Origin: Deltaproteobacteria bacterium
GTDB taxonomy: Bacteria; Myxococcota_A; Polyangia; Fen-1088
Direction of reading: 5' to 3'
NCBI GenBank assembly: GCA_033763315.1
Contig: JANRKS010000029.1
Coordinates: forward strand, 1 to 64,000
Length of the DNA: 64,000 nucleotides
Shown: piece by piece, positions 39,304-49,688 of the stretch
Numbering within the stretch: position 1 is the first letter of the stretch
How the letters are laid out: every line of letters begins with the position of its first letter
The notes under the pieces: generated by a model
Databases searched by the model: none
Seen by the model: the letters and a program-made list of their open reading frames with translations, nothing else
What the model was told of the DNA's origin: nothing
Translations under genes and position numbers: made by a program

Positions 39304-41253
39304 GTGTTTTCCTTACGCTTGCATAAATTTCTAACAGCCCTTGCGGCGCTCGTGGCCGCGGGCCCGGGCGGCGTGGCGACGGCTTGGCTTTACCAAATGT
39401 TCGCGGGCCGCGTGCGATTCCCGGTGGATCTCGAATGGATGGAAGGCGGCGTTTTGGTGCATGCGCTGCGCTTGTCGCAAGGGCAACCGATCTACGTGCC
39501 GCCTTCTGTGGACTTCATCCCGTTTCTTTATACGCCTGGTTACCCGCGGCTCTTGGCGTGGCTGTCGCACGTTTTTCCCTTGGGCTACACCTTGGGTCGC
39601 GTGGTGTCTGTGGCGGCGTTCAGCTTGACTCTGGCGTGTGGCGTGGCTTTGGCGGTGTGGCCTTTGCGCCGTGAGGCGCGTGACGACGTTTGGTGGGCCC
39701 GCGGCGTGGCGGCCGCGATGGCTTTGGGCGCGGCAGGTTTCATCGCCTCCAGCTTCACATTCACCGGCACGTTTTATGATCTGGTACGCAGTGATTCGTT
39801 GATGATCTGCCTGGTCACGTTTGCCATGTCGTTGGCCTTCGTTGGCCGCGGCTGGCCGTCCGCCGCCGCAGCGGGCGCGTTGGTGGCTCTCGCTTTTCTA
39901 ACCAAGCAAACGGCATCGTTGATGGGCATTGCGCTTGGCGTGGCCTTGCTCGCGGTGGCCTGGCGGCGTGCGCTTGTGTACGGCGGCGTGGCGGCGTTCG
40001 TTTTGGCGGCCGGACTTGGGTATCTGCAGTGGCAAAGCGGCGGTTGGTTTTGGACGTACGTTTTTGAGTTGCACCAGAGCCACGCGTTCAACCAACGCCT
40101 GGCTTTCGTTGAAACGCCCGTGCGGTTGCTGCGTTTTGCGGGGCCGCTTTACGCCGCGCTGGCGGTATCTGTTGTGGGCCTCGCTTTGGGAAAACGGCTG
40201 CAGCGCTATGACCTGGTTCCCCTGTTGTTGGCGATCGCGGGCGTTGTGGCTTCGTGCGTGGGCTTTGGTACGCAGTGGGCTTTCGACAACGCCTTCATTC
40301 CGGCGGTTGTGTTTCCCGCCTTGGCCACAGCCACCTTAGCGGCGCGCCTGGTGTCCGTGGCGCCCACGCGGGTGGGGGCGGCGGCGGTATCCTTGTGTGT
40401 GGCGGCTTGTATCGGCTACGGCACGGTCAAACAGGGAATGCCCGATAAAAATGCATTGGTTCCGTCAAGCGTCGACCGCCGCGCGGCCCGACGCATGATT
40501 GCAACGATCGCCGCCTTGCCAGGCGACGGCTTCATTCCCTTTCATCCCTATTACGCTGTGCTGGCGGGCAAGAAGCCTTATGTGCACCGCATGGGCGTGA
40601 TGGATGTGGCAGCCAAGCTAGGACGACCGGCAGGCCTTGATGAAACGCTGGCCCAGGGCAAGTTCAACTTCGTTGTGTTGGATTGGAAGTCGCGCCCCTA
40701 TGAATGGACGGCGCTTGAAACGCGCTATTTTGTGGCCAAAGACATGACGGAAGGCATCGATTCAGTCCGCATGTTCTCTGGCGCGCAGACTTCGCCCCGG
40801 CACTTGCTATTGCCGCTGCGGCCATCGTCGCAACTTCCCGCGGGTGCGCGGCTGCTTTACGACTTTGAAAGCGGCGACTTTGATGGCTGGCAAACCGAAG
40901 GTGCGGCGTTTGGGTCGGCCCCGGGTGCCGCCACACCCACCACGTTTGGACGTTTCGCAGCGTCTTCCTTGTCGAATGGTTCGGCGGCCGTTGGCATTTT
41001 GCGGTCGCCACCCTTCGTGGTCACCGGAACGGCTTTGCGCTTTTGGCTTGAAGGCTCACGCGATGCGAGGTTGCGCGTCACCTTGCTCGTTGGCCCGGAG
41101 GTTGTGCGGTCGGCGTCGCCCGGCGAGCAAGGGCAATGGATCACCTGGCAAACCGACGACCTTATTGGCCAATCCGCTGTGATGATGGTGCAGGACGATT
41201 CGCCCGCCGCCGGCCTCACGATTGATGATGTGCAGACCTTGGGTGCGCCCTAA
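39304..41253 (+). CDS. ArnT/GT39-like (GT-C) membrane glycosyltransferase with a C-terminal carbohydrate-binding-like module
   Basis: LEWMEGG, YTPGY, YDLVRSDS, FLTKQ; many TM segments; C-terminal DFESGDFDGWQTEGAAFG. Confidence 0.7.
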   Translation: MFSLRLHKFLTALAALVAAGPGGVATAWLYQMFAGRVRFPVDLEWMEGGVLVHALRLSQGQPIYVPPSVDFIPFLYTPGYPRLLAWLSHVFPLGYTLGRVVSVAAFSLTLACGVALAVWPLRREARDDVWWARGVAAAMALGAAGFIASSFTFTGTFYDLVRSDSLMICLVTFAMSLAFVGRGWPSAAAAGALVALAFLTKQTASLMGIALGVALLAVAWRRALVYGGVAAFVLAAGLGYLQWQSGGWFWTYVFELHQSHAFNQRLAFVETPVRLLRFAGPLYAALAVSVVGLALGKRLQRYDLVPLLLAIAGVVASCVGFGTQWAFDNAFIPAVVFPALATATLAARLVSVAPTRVGAAAVSLCVAACIGYGTVKQGMPDKNALVPSSVDRRAARRMIATIAALPGDGFIPFHPYYAVLAGKKPYVHRMGVMDVAAKLGRPAGLDETLAQGKFNFVVLDWKSRPYEWTALETRYFVAKDMTEGIDSVRMFSGAQTSPRHLLLPLRPSSQLPAGARLLYDFESGDFDGWQTEGAAFGSAPGAATPTTFGRFAASSLSNGSAAVGILRSPPFVVTGTALRFWLEGSRDARLRVTLLVGPEVVRSASPGEQGQWITWQTDDLIGQSAVMMVQDDSPAAGLTIDDVQTLGAP

Positions 41254-42977
41254 CCACGTTTGGCATCCAACAACGCGCGCAGGGCACGCAGCAGCTCTTC
41301 ACTGCGGAAGGGTTTTGAGAGCAAGGTTGAGCCCTCGCGAAACGGCCAATCCTCGGGAAACACATCGCGCGTGTGCCCGCTGGCCACCATGATGGGCACG
41401 TTGGGCCTCATCTGACGAATCTGTTCATGGGCGACGAAGCCGCTGACCTTCGGCATGATGGCATCTAGGATCACGGCGTCGATCACAGCTTGTTTTTCGC
41501 TGAAGGTGCGAATGGCGTCTTCGCCATCAAGAGCCAAAATCACCTTATATCCTGCGCGCTCAAGCACGTCCTTGGTCACATTGCGAACGAGTTCATGGTC
41601 GTCCGCCACGAGAATCGTTTCGGATCCCAACGGCGCATCGGCAAACAATGGGACAGGGGTCGTCTGGACACCTCTATCGGGCGCCTGCGGCAAAAATACG
41701 CAGAAGCGGGTTCCTTGTGCGTCTTCGCCGGTTTCTATGTCCACAAAGCCGCCGTGTCGCTTCACCGCGCCCCACACAACGGAGAGGCCCAAGCCGTTGC
41801 CCTTGCCTTCGGGTTTGGTTGTGAAGAAGGGCTCGAACAACCGGGTGCGTACGTCGGGCGCAATGCCGCGCCCGTTGTCGGTTACACACAGGCGTACGAA
41901 TGGCCCCTCCTGCACCCACGGGTAAAGCGCGCGCTGCCTTGGGCTCGGATCCAAATTGCTTGTGCCAATGGTGATTTCGCCGACGTCATCAATCGCGTCC
42001 ACCGCGTTGATCACTAGGTTCACCATCACCTGCTCGATCTGCACGACGTCGGCCTTGATGGCATTGCTTGAAAGCAGCCGAGTGGTCAAGGAAATGCGTG
42101 CCGGAATAAGGCGCCGCAACATGGCTGTGAGATCCAGTACCAAGCTATCTAAGTAAACGGTGCGCATCGCCCCCACGCTCGGGCGTGCAAAAGCCATGAG
42201 CGATCGCACCAAAGCGGCAGCGCGCGCGGAGGCGTCTTCGATCTGGCGCAGCGATTCGCGTGCCTCTGCTGGATTGCTTTCCATATCGTCGCCGGCAAAC
42301 TGAGCGCAGTTTTCGATGACCACCAAAAGGTTGTTGAAGTCATGTGCGATGCCGCCTGCCAATAGTCCCAGGGATTCCATCCGCTGGGCCTGCCGCAACT
42401 GGATCTGCAACGCCTCGTGCTCGGCCTGCAACCGCTTCTGCTCGGTGATGTCACGCAAGATCACCCATAACCGCGTGTAACAGCCATTCGATTGCACCAA
42501 ATGCGCGTTCGATAGCGCGTACCTGATGCTTCCATCGGGTTGCATCTGCTTGACTTCGGCACCTTGCCGCTTGTTCGCGCTTTCAATCAGCTGTTCGATC
42601 AACGACGCGACGCGATCCAAATTTTCGCGGGCGAGCTCTCTCATGGGGCGCCCAATAAAAACCTGGGGGTCGACTTCATTTCGCAGGCGCGCAAATGTTT
42701 TGTTCGCCACCGCCAACTTTGAATTCAAGAACCATTGTGCCACTTCACGAGCCGGCAACGTTACCGGTATAGGCATATCGGGCTCGTAACAGAAAATGGA
42801 TTCGGATTCAGAGTCGATGAACGAAGTGAAGCGGTCTTCGATCTGCCTTATTTCAGCACGCAAGCTCTGAACCTCTGCGGGCTCAGGCAAGGGCGCTATG
42901 GACGACACCGGGGGCAAGTGTCCTATTGTATCGGCAGGTTTGTGCTTGGGAAGGGCACGCATGCCAGGAATTCGCAT
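41250..42977 (-). CDS. PAS hybrid histidine kinase/response regulator (CckA-like)
   Basis: LAGGIAHDFNN, QVMVNLVINA, DNGRG, FEPFFTTK..GKGNGLGL, C-terminal receiver domain. Confidence 0.93.
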   Translation of the reverse strand: MRIPGMRALPKHKPADTIGHLPPVSSIAPLPEPAEVQSLRAEIRQIEDRFTSFIDSESESIFCYEPDMPIPVTLPAREVAQWFLNSKLAVANKTFARLRNEVDPQVFIGRPMRELARENLDRVASLIEQLIESANKRQGAEVKQMQPDGSIRYALSNAHLVQSNGCYTRLWVILRDITEQKRLQAEHEALQIQLRQAQRMESLGLLAGGIAHDFNNLLVVIENCAQFAGDDMESNPAEARESLRQIEDASARAAALVRSLMAFARPSVGAMRTVYLDSLVLDLTAMLRRLIPARISLTTRLLSSNAIKADVVQIEQVMVNLVINAVDAIDDVGEITIGTSNLDPSPRQRALYPWVQEGPFVRLCVTDNGRGIAPDVRTRLFEPFFTTKPEGKGNGLGLSVVWGAVKRHGGFVDIETGEDAQGTRFCVFLPQAPDRGVQTTPVPLFADAPLGSETILVADDHELVRNVTKDVLERAGYKVILALDGEDAIRTFSEKQAVIDAVILDAIMPKVSGFVAHEQIRQMRPNVPIMVASGHTRDVFPEDWPFREGSTLLSKPFRSEELLRALRALLDAKRG

Positions 42978-43028
42978 GCTTATAAACGCCTACATGCAGG
43001 TGCTGCCAAGGTGAAGTACGCTTGCCAC

Positions 43029-43544
43029 ATGATCCACTGGCTTATCGCGCTTCGTCTGTTCTTCATTGTTGGCGCCACGGTTGGCGCCGCACCAACGCCC
43101 GCATCGCAGGCGCCGTTCGTGCACCCGCCGGTGCTGTCACAAGCGCTGCCGCTCAAGAGCTACGACAAGGGCTTTACGCTGTGCCAATCGTCGCCTCCCC
43201 AAGACGTTAACGGGTATTTCCAAGTCAGTTGGGAACAAGCCGCCAAAGTTGATCAGCTGGTGCTGATGGAGCTGCGTCGCAAGGTTTACAAGGGCAAGAT
43301 CAAGGGCCGCCCCGAGTTATATGCGCGGCAATTTCTGGGCATACACCGTGGCGATCGCTCCGTCATTTACGTCAACGCCGTTTTTCCCCCGCCCGCCGGG
43401 TCGGTTGACACTTTGGCGGTGGATTGCACGGGGGCGGCCAAGTACTGGGGCATCGAGTACGACCTTAGCTTCGAACGTTTTGCCAACTTCTCGGTCAGTA
43501 AGACCGCTGTGCTCGGCGCCCAAAAACGCAACGCTGGAAAGTGA
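43029..43544 (+). CDS. Hypothetical secreted protein
   Basis: Signal peptide MIHWLIALRLFFIVG; YARQFLG...IYVNA motif; TACGCT 6 nt upstream of the ATG. Confidence 0.65.
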   Translation: MIHWLIALRLFFIVGATVGAAPTPASQAPFVHPPVLSQALPLKSYDKGFTLCQSSPPQDVNGYFQVSWEQAAKVDQLVLMELRRKVYKGKIKGRPELYARQFLGIHRGDRSVIYVNAVFPPPAGSVDTLAVDCTGAAKYWGIEYDLSFERFANFSVSKTAVLGAQKRNAGK

Positions 43545-43556
43545 GCCAGCGTTTCA

Positions 43557-44189
43557 CTACATGGCATCGGCTCTCGTGGCGGGCGTTGACGTACTGGCCG
43601 CGTCAGGCCACTCGTCGTTGAACGTGCCAGCGTCGGCCGTTGGTGTGCCGATCGGCTCTTCCGGATCGCCCGCTTCTGAGACAGCCAAACCCCACAATCC
43701 CGAACCTGTGCCATCGCCTTCCCACAACTCGAGACCACCGCTTTCTGTGGTGGCGGGCGCCAGTAAACGCGCACGGCTTTTAACCACGAAGCTTGTGGCA
43801 TTGTCGGGCACCACCACCGCCACGTAACCCCGGCCCACAGGAGGCGGTGACACGAACTGCCGCACACGCACGGGCGCCGCGAACGACAAGCCCTGCGGCT
43901 CAACCAGCACACCGCTGTCGTTCACGGGGGATCGCCCGCGTTTGGCCGTGTCTGTCACCAAGGACACCTGCACCATTACGCGTGTGGGCGCCACGTTGCC
44001 AGGAACCACGAGCGTCACAGGATTTTTGGTGCCCAAGGTGACGGTCTGTTCTTCGCCGCCGCCACCCACTTCCAGCGTTCGCTTTTCAAGCACTTGCCCA
44101 TAAAGCGGCACGTCGTCATCAGAGGCGCAGGATGCGGCTGCCGCCAAACCCAAACACAACATTGCCAATGAGATCGTATTTCGCTTCAT
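43557..44189 (-). CDS. Lipoprotein with a ZU5-like domain
   Basis: AASC lipobox; TLVVPG...VEPQGLSFAAPV pattern; AAGGA RBS. Confidence 0.6.
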   Translation of the reverse strand: MKRNTISLAMLCLGLAAAASCASDDDVPLYGQVLEKRTLEVGGGGEEQTVTLGTKNPVTLVVPGNVAPTRVMVQVSLVTDTAKRGRSPVNDSGVLVEPQGLSFAAPVRVRQFVSPPPVGRGYVAVVVPDNATSFVVKSRARLLAPATTESGGLELWEGDGTGSGLWGLAVSEAGDPEEPIGTPTADAGTFNDEWPDAASTSTPATRADAM

Positions 44190-44212
44190 AGGTTTTCCTT
44201 GTGGCTTTTCGC

Positions 44213-45862
44213 TTAGGGCGCTCGCACGCGCATCATCACGTAGGCGTCAAAACGGGCTTGTTTGTACTTATTGCTTTTTTCAGGCTCGTAAAGCTTGAAT
44301 GAACGCTGGCCGCGGGCGCTATAGCGAGTGCCCGCGCGACCATAGAAGGTGAAGGGCAAGCCCTGGCGAAGCAGAGGTCGGAAGCCCTTGTCCACAGAAT
44401 CAACCACGGCCGCTGTGGCCGTTTTCTCGACGGTGCGTGCGCCATAGTTCATGAGGCCTGCCATGCCGCCCGACATGAACGATCCCGAAGCTTCTTTGGC
44501 CACGCCGAAGCCGAGCCGGCCTTGTGCGTCTTGCAGCATCTTGTCTTCGGTCATCAACGACTGCGGCGTCAGTGGCGCGCGCAACACCTTCAACAGATCG
44601 CGCGTGTGTCCGATCTGCGAAATGGCGTAGACCTCGCTGCCACCGTCGGCCCAGCCCATCGCTTCTGCTAAGCCCCAAGCGGCTTCGGCATGACCTGCGG
44701 CTTCCAACACCCACTTATCCTGCCCACCCTTTTGCGTGATCACAGGCTCACAACGAACGCCGAATTTGGCGCGGCGGTTGACGTCGGAATACGTGATGGC
44801 GGTGTTTAGTTTGCCTGTGCGCAGCGCTGCGTTGGGCGCGTACTTGATGACTGCATAGCGCTCTTCACCGTAAGGAATGGCACCCACGAACACGTAAAGC
44901 TTCGTGCCTGCCACGATGTAATCCCACCCAATGACGTCTTCCACGACCAGCCCGGCAGGCAAGTCGATCTCGGCCCAGGTGTTGCGCACAGCGGTTCGCA
45001 AGATCGAGTTGGCTTCGCGCGCGAAGATGTTGGCGATCGCGCCGGCCGAATCCACGTAGTGATATGTTCCACCGCCCGCATCCGCCATACCTTGCATCAA
45101 CAGCTCGTCGTGAAGCGCGCCGAAGCCAATCGTGGTTGTGCCCACGCCGTGTTCGGCGGCGCGCGCTGCCAAGTTGAACAACGTGTTTGAATCCGTGATG
45201 CCTCGGTTGGGTTGGCCGTCGGAGAACAACACCACCTGGTTCACTTGCCACTCAGAGAACTGCGAGAACGCTTCAGACAGCCCGCCTAGGTAGCCGCCCG
45301 AAAGCCACGTGCCGCCGCCATCGTTGAGCGAACGGATGCGTGCCACGGCGTCGGCGCGCGTTTGCGGGTTAATCGCCACAGGCGGCAACGCTTCGAACAC
45401 GCCGTCAGAAAACACCACCACCGAAACTTTATCGCCTTCGCGAAACGCGTTGATGAAAGCCTCCGCCGCCGCCCGCATTCCGGAGAACGGCTTGCCGCGC
45501 ATGGAGCCCGAACGATCGAGCACAAGCGCGATGTTAAGCGGTGCCACTTGACCATCCATCTGACGGCCCTTGACGCTCACGGCGCTATACATGGAGCCGT
45601 TGGCCAACACGGGCGACAGCCCGCACGTGGCATCCACCGAAGCTTTCGCCGGATCTTCAGGTCGCACCTCAGGCCATTCGGCCGCGGGCGCCGTTGCGAA
45701 CACAGACTCTTCCGTCAGCTGCTCTAAGCGGGGCGTGGATGGAAGAGGCTTGACCGCAGCGCAGGCGGAGCCGAGAAGCACAGGGGCAATCACACACGCT
45801 ATACGTGCAAGACGAGACTTTGGATCTGCACAATGTGAACGGGAGCCATCGTGAGGTGTCAT
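44213..45862 (-). CDS. VWA-domain lipoprotein (YfbK-like)
   Basis: GSAC lipobox; PLNIALVLDRSGSM (MIDAS), GGT, LFSDGQPN, IGFG, GGTYHYV. Confidence 0.88.
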   Translation of the reverse strand: MTPHDGSRSHCADPKSRLARIACVIAPVLLGSACAAVKPLPSTPRLEQLTEESVFATAPAAEWPEVRPEDPAKASVDATCGLSPVLANGSMYSAVSVKGRQMDGQVAPLNIALVLDRSGSMRGKPFSGMRAAAEAFINAFREGDKVSVVVFSDGVFEALPPVAINPQTRADAVARIRSLNDGGGTWLSGGYLGGLSEAFSQFSEWQVNQVVLFSDGQPNRGITDSNTLFNLAARAAEHGVGTTTIGFGALHDELLMQGMADAGGGTYHYVDSAGAIANIFAREANSILRTAVRNTWAEIDLPAGLVVEDVIGWDYIVAGTKLYVFVGAIPYGEERYAVIKYAPNAALRTGKLNTAITYSDVNRRAKFGVRCEPVITQKGGQDKWVLEAAGHAEAAWGLAEAMGWADGGSEVYAISQIGHTRDLLKVLRAPLTPQSLMTEDKMLQDAQGRLGFGVAKEASGSFMSGGMAGLMNYGARTVEKTATAAVVDSVDKGFRPLLRQGLPFTFYGRAGTRYSARGQRSFKLYEPEKSNKYKQARFDAYVMMRVRAP

Positions 45863-45958
45863 GGCCCCGCAGTGTATCGCAAGGCCGCACAAACCCACTA
45901 TACGTGCAACCAGTTTGGTGGCACACGCACCTACTTTGGCGGCTCAGCCGCACGGGCT

Positions 45959-46648
45959 TTACGTCGCACCAAAGCGCTGCCGGTAATCTTCCATAATGGC
46001 TTTGGTGGCAGACGCACCCGTGCGTGTGCAGCCAAGCTCGCGCATGCGCAGAACCGCGTCCAAGGTGCGCACACCCCCAGCGGCTTTGACCTGAATGTGC
46101 GCGGGGCTGTGTTTTCGCATCAACTTCACATCGTCTTCCGTGGCGCCCGAGGGTGCGTAACCGGTTGACGTTTTCACCCACGCGACGTTCACCTTGGCGC
46201 ACAACTCACAGAGTTTGATCTTCTCGTCATCGGTGAGATAGGCGTTCTCGAAAATCACTTTGACGTAAGCCTTGTGGGCCTTGGCCAGATCGTCGATGGC
46301 TTGGATCTCGGCCAACACATAAGCCCAGTCGTGGCTGCGCACGCGGCTAATGTTGACGACCATGTCCAGCTCGATGGCCCCTGCTTGCAGCATTTCCTTC
46401 GCCTCGGCAACTTTCGTAGCCGTCGTGTGGCCGCCGTGTGGGAAGCCGACGGTGGTGGAAGGAATGACGGTGCTGCCCGCCAGAAGCTCAACGACACGGG
46501 GCAGGAAGTACGGCAGCACGCACACCGAGGCCGCATCGTATTCCTTGGCCACCGCACATCCCTCCACCAATTCAGCCTCTGTGAGGGCTGGATTAAGCAG
46601 GGAGTGATCCAACATCTTTGAGACCTCGCGGTAGGTGGGGGGCGACAT
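45959..46648 (-). CDS. deoC: Deoxyribose-phosphate aldolase
   Basis: LDHSLL, VGFPHG, ELDMV, KVIFE, VKTSTG, VKAAGGVR, RTGAS. Confidence 0.95.
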   Translation of the reverse strand: MSPPTYREVSKMLDHSLLNPALTEAELVEGCAVAKEYDAASVCVLPYFLPRVVELLAGSTVIPSTTVGFPHGGHTTATKVAEAKEMLQAGAIELDMVVNISRVRSHDWAYVLAEIQAIDDLAKAHKAYVKVIFENAYLTDDEKIKLCELCAKVNVAWVKTSTGYAPSGATEDDVKLMRKHSPAHIQVKAAGGVRTLDAVLRMRELGCTRTGASATKAIMEDYRQRFGAT

Positions 46649-46734
46649 GGCTCAATATTAGCAGTGGACTGGTGGCTTATCCACCATAATATGGGGCTCG
46701 TGGCCTATTACGCCGCCCCGTGCTCCGGGGGCTC

Positions 46735-49518
46735 CTACGAGACGGCGCGCGTTAGCACCGTGAGTAGATCCTCCATGCGCAGCGGCTTGCTGAGGTAATC
46801 GTTCATGCCGGCCTGTAAACATTCTTCCCGGTCGCCGGGCAAAGCGTTGGCGGTCAAAGCAATGATGGGCGTCGGCTTGCGCTGCTGTTCGGATTCCCAG
46901 GCCCGAATGCGGCGGGTGGCCTCATAGCCGTCGAGCTGCGGCATTTGGCAGTCCATAAGCACACAGTCGAATTGTTGCTGTTTGAAACGCTCCAACGCTT
47001 GCAGCCCATCCGCGGCGACGACGACCGCTTGCGCGTGTTTGCGCAGCATCAAGGTGATGAGGCGTTGGTTCACCACGTTGTCCTCGGCCACAAGCACGCG
47101 CGCGATGCGCAGTTGGCTTTCTTGATCCTTGAACGCAGCCAGCTCTTGGGTGTCCACAGCCACGGTTTGTTTCACACCGAGCGGCACCATGACGTCAACG
47201 GTGGTGCCTTCGCCGGCAATGGAGGTCACGGTGAGCTCGCCATTCATCATCTTCACCAAACTTCGGCAGATCGATAGCCCCAATCCCGAGCCACCGTAGC
47301 GACGCGTGGTCGAGGCGTCGGCCTGCGCGAACGCCAAGCCCAATCGTTCGAGTTGAGCAGGCGTCATACCGATGCCTGTGTCAGTGATGGTGAACCGCAG
47401 CTTGCGCTGCTGGGTATTCAGCGGCTCGCATAGCACTGTCAATTGCACTCTTCCGGTGTGCGTGAACTTCACAGCGTTGGACAATAGGTTAAGCAAGATT
47501 TGGCGCAGACGCGTTGGATCGCCGACCAACGTGGGCACCGCGCACCGCTTTTCGAACACCAGCCGGACGCCCTTTCGCTCCGCTTGGTCGTTAAACAGGG
47601 GAAACACATCATCCATCAACCGCGAGAAATCGAGATCCTGGGACTCCAATTCCAGTTTGCCCGCCTCAAGCTTTGAGTAGTCAAGAATGTCATTGATTAA
47701 CGTCAACAGACCTTCGCCACATGAGCGAATCGTCTCGGCAAACTCGCGCTGTTGCGGCGATAAATCCGTCTTCGCGAGCAAGTTGGCCATGCCAATCACA
47801 CCGTTCATCGGTGTGCGGATCTCGTGGCTCATGGTCGCCAGGAATTCCGCTTTGGCTTTGGATGCCTGTTCGGCGGTACGAACGGCGCTTTGAAGCGCCT
47901 CTTCCTTCTGCACCAAAGCTGTGACGTCTGTGCGGGTGCCTACGATGCCGCCCAATTTCGTGCGTCGCTCTTCGACGCGGACCCATTTTTCACCCACGCG
48001 CGCAATGGTGCCGCCATTTAAGGTGCGACAGTCGGCCATCCGTTGGTTCAACCATTCCTCTGGAGGTGCATCGCCAACCATGGCGGCAAAGCGTTCTGGC
48101 GTCGCTGCATAACAGGCACGCTTCATCTCTTCGAAACTGATGCCTGTCTGGGTAAGCTCTTCCGGCAGCTCGTACAGGTCGCGGTACGCCTGGTTGCAAA
48201 TCACGAGCCTCTCGTCTTTGTCAAACATCACAAGGCCCGATTCGATGCTGGCCAAGGCGTCGTCAAGATTGGCCTTGAGGCGTTCGATCTCGGCTTGGGC
48301 GCGCTTGCGTTCCGTGATGTCCTCGTTCGAGCCCACAAATCCCGTGCAGACGCCTGCTTCATTGTGTAACGCCACTGCCCGTGAACTGGTCCAACGAATT
48401 TGGCCATCCTTGTGAAGCCAACGAATCTCGCGGAAAAAAGCTGTGCCGGTGCGGGCCGCTTCACGCCAGTCAGCGCAGACGGCGGGTCGATCTTCGGGAT
48501 GAATGGCATTCGCCCAGCCGTCACCCAAACTCTCCGCGGCCGTCTGCCCCGAGATGCGGCACCACTCGTCATTCACGTACAGACTGCGGCCGGCGGCATC
48601 CGTGAGATAGATGCCCACCGGTGCCAGGGCCGACAATTGCCGGAAGCGTTCGGCATCCGCACGCCGTGCAGACTCAGCGTCCCTTTGGGCTGTGACATCC
48701 ACGATGGAGCCAGCCAAACGCTCAACTTCGCCTTGTGTGTTCAGCGCCACCGCACCTGTGGCGTGGAACCAGCGGTACAGTCCGTCTTTGGTCAGCAAAC
48801 GATAGTGCGCGACATAGGGCCTATTGGATCGAACCGACGCCTCGAGAATCTCAACGGTTGCTGCAACGTCATCAGGGTGAAGGCGTGAGAACCATGCGCC
48901 TATGTTGGCCGCAAATTCATTGGCGTCAAAACCCAGCAACCGCGCAAAACTTGGAGACCAGTACGCGGGGTGCTCTGAGGCCAAGCACAATTTCCCACCC
49001 AGCAGTTTTGTTTCCCACATCCCCATCGAAGCGCCGTGAGCGATCAAATCGAACCGCTCCACGCTTTGCCGCAAGCGCTCCTCCATGCGTTTGCGTTCTG
49101 TAAGGTCGTGCCAAACCACAAGCATCGCGGGGCGGCCCGCTAAAGTGATGGGGGTCAACGTCACCTCCACCGGAAACGACTCACCCGAAACTTTCTGATG
49201 CAGCCACTCGAAGCGATGAAAGCCCGACCTGCGGGCGAGCTCATCCATCTCAAGACACTTTTCATCCGAGCGTCGCCCATCAGGCTGCAGGGTGGGGGAA
49301 AGTTTAGCGGGATGTAGGCCCAAAACCTCTGACTTCGACCGGCAGCCCAGCAGGGAGACCGCGGCGTTATTGCAATCGATGATTCCGCTTTCATCAAAAA
49401 CCAAGTGCGCGTCCGACGAATACTCGAAGAGCACTCGAAAGCGCTCGTCTTGCGCGGCTTTGAGTGAATCTGCGGGGACCATCGGAGCAACCGGAAACGC
49501 GAGCACCGGCTCAGTCAT
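46735..49518 (-). CDS. Multi-PAS hybrid histidine kinase with C-terminal receiver
   Basis: Four PAS/PAC repeats; FLATMSHEIRTPMNG, LRQILLNLLSNAVKFT, GGSGLGL, MDCQMP; start uncertain (49518 or 49566). Confidence 0.93.
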   Translation of the reverse strand: MTEPVLAFPVAPMVPADSLKAAQDERFRVLFEYSSDAHLVFDESGIIDCNNAAVSLLGCRSKSEVLGLHPAKLSPTLQPDGRRSDEKCLEMDELARRSGFHRFEWLHQKVSGESFPVEVTLTPITLAGRPAMLVVWHDLTERKRMEERLRQSVERFDLIAHGASMGMWETKLLGGKLCLASEHPAYWSPSFARLLGFDANEFAANIGAWFSRLHPDDVAATVEILEASVRSNRPYVAHYRLLTKDGLYRWFHATGAVALNTQGEVERLAGSIVDVTAQRDAESARRADAERFRQLSALAPVGIYLTDAAGRSLYVNDEWCRISGQTAAESLGDGWANAIHPEDRPAVCADWREAARTGTAFFREIRWLHKDGQIRWTSSRAVALHNEAGVCTGFVGSNEDITERKRAQAEIERLKANLDDALASIESGLVMFDKDERLVICNQAYRDLYELPEELTQTGISFEEMKRACYAATPERFAAMVGDAPPEEWLNQRMADCRTLNGGTIARVGEKWVRVEERRTKLGGIVGTRTDVTALVQKEEALQSAVRTAEQASKAKAEFLATMSHEIRTPMNGVIGMANLLAKTDLSPQQREFAETIRSCGEGLLTLINDILDYSKLEAGKLELESQDLDFSRLMDDVFPLFNDQAERKGVRLVFEKRCAVPTLVGDPTRLRQILLNLLSNAVKFTHTGRVQLTVLCEPLNTQQRKLRFTITDTGIGMTPAQLERLGLAFAQADASTTRRYGGSGLGLSICRSLVKMMNGELTVTSIAGEGTTVDVMVPLGVKQTVAVDTQELAAFKDQESQLRIARVLVAEDNVVNQRLITLMLRKHAQAVVVAADGLQALERFKQQQFDCVLMDCQMPQLDGYEATRRIRAWESEQQRKPTPIIALTANALPGDREECLQAGMNDYLSKPLRMEDLLTVLTRAVS

Positions 49519-49688
49519 CGACTGGGGCCGGCATAGGCTTAATGGGTCAGCGCTTACTATCGCCATGTTACGGATTTGCCACTGGATGTGGCCACGTGGT
49601 TGGACCCAACGAATGCCCGTGCATGCGTGCCCCGTCCCTACGGGCTGCCCTGTCGAGCTGCGCAGAACGATGATACTGTGAGCGCCCC

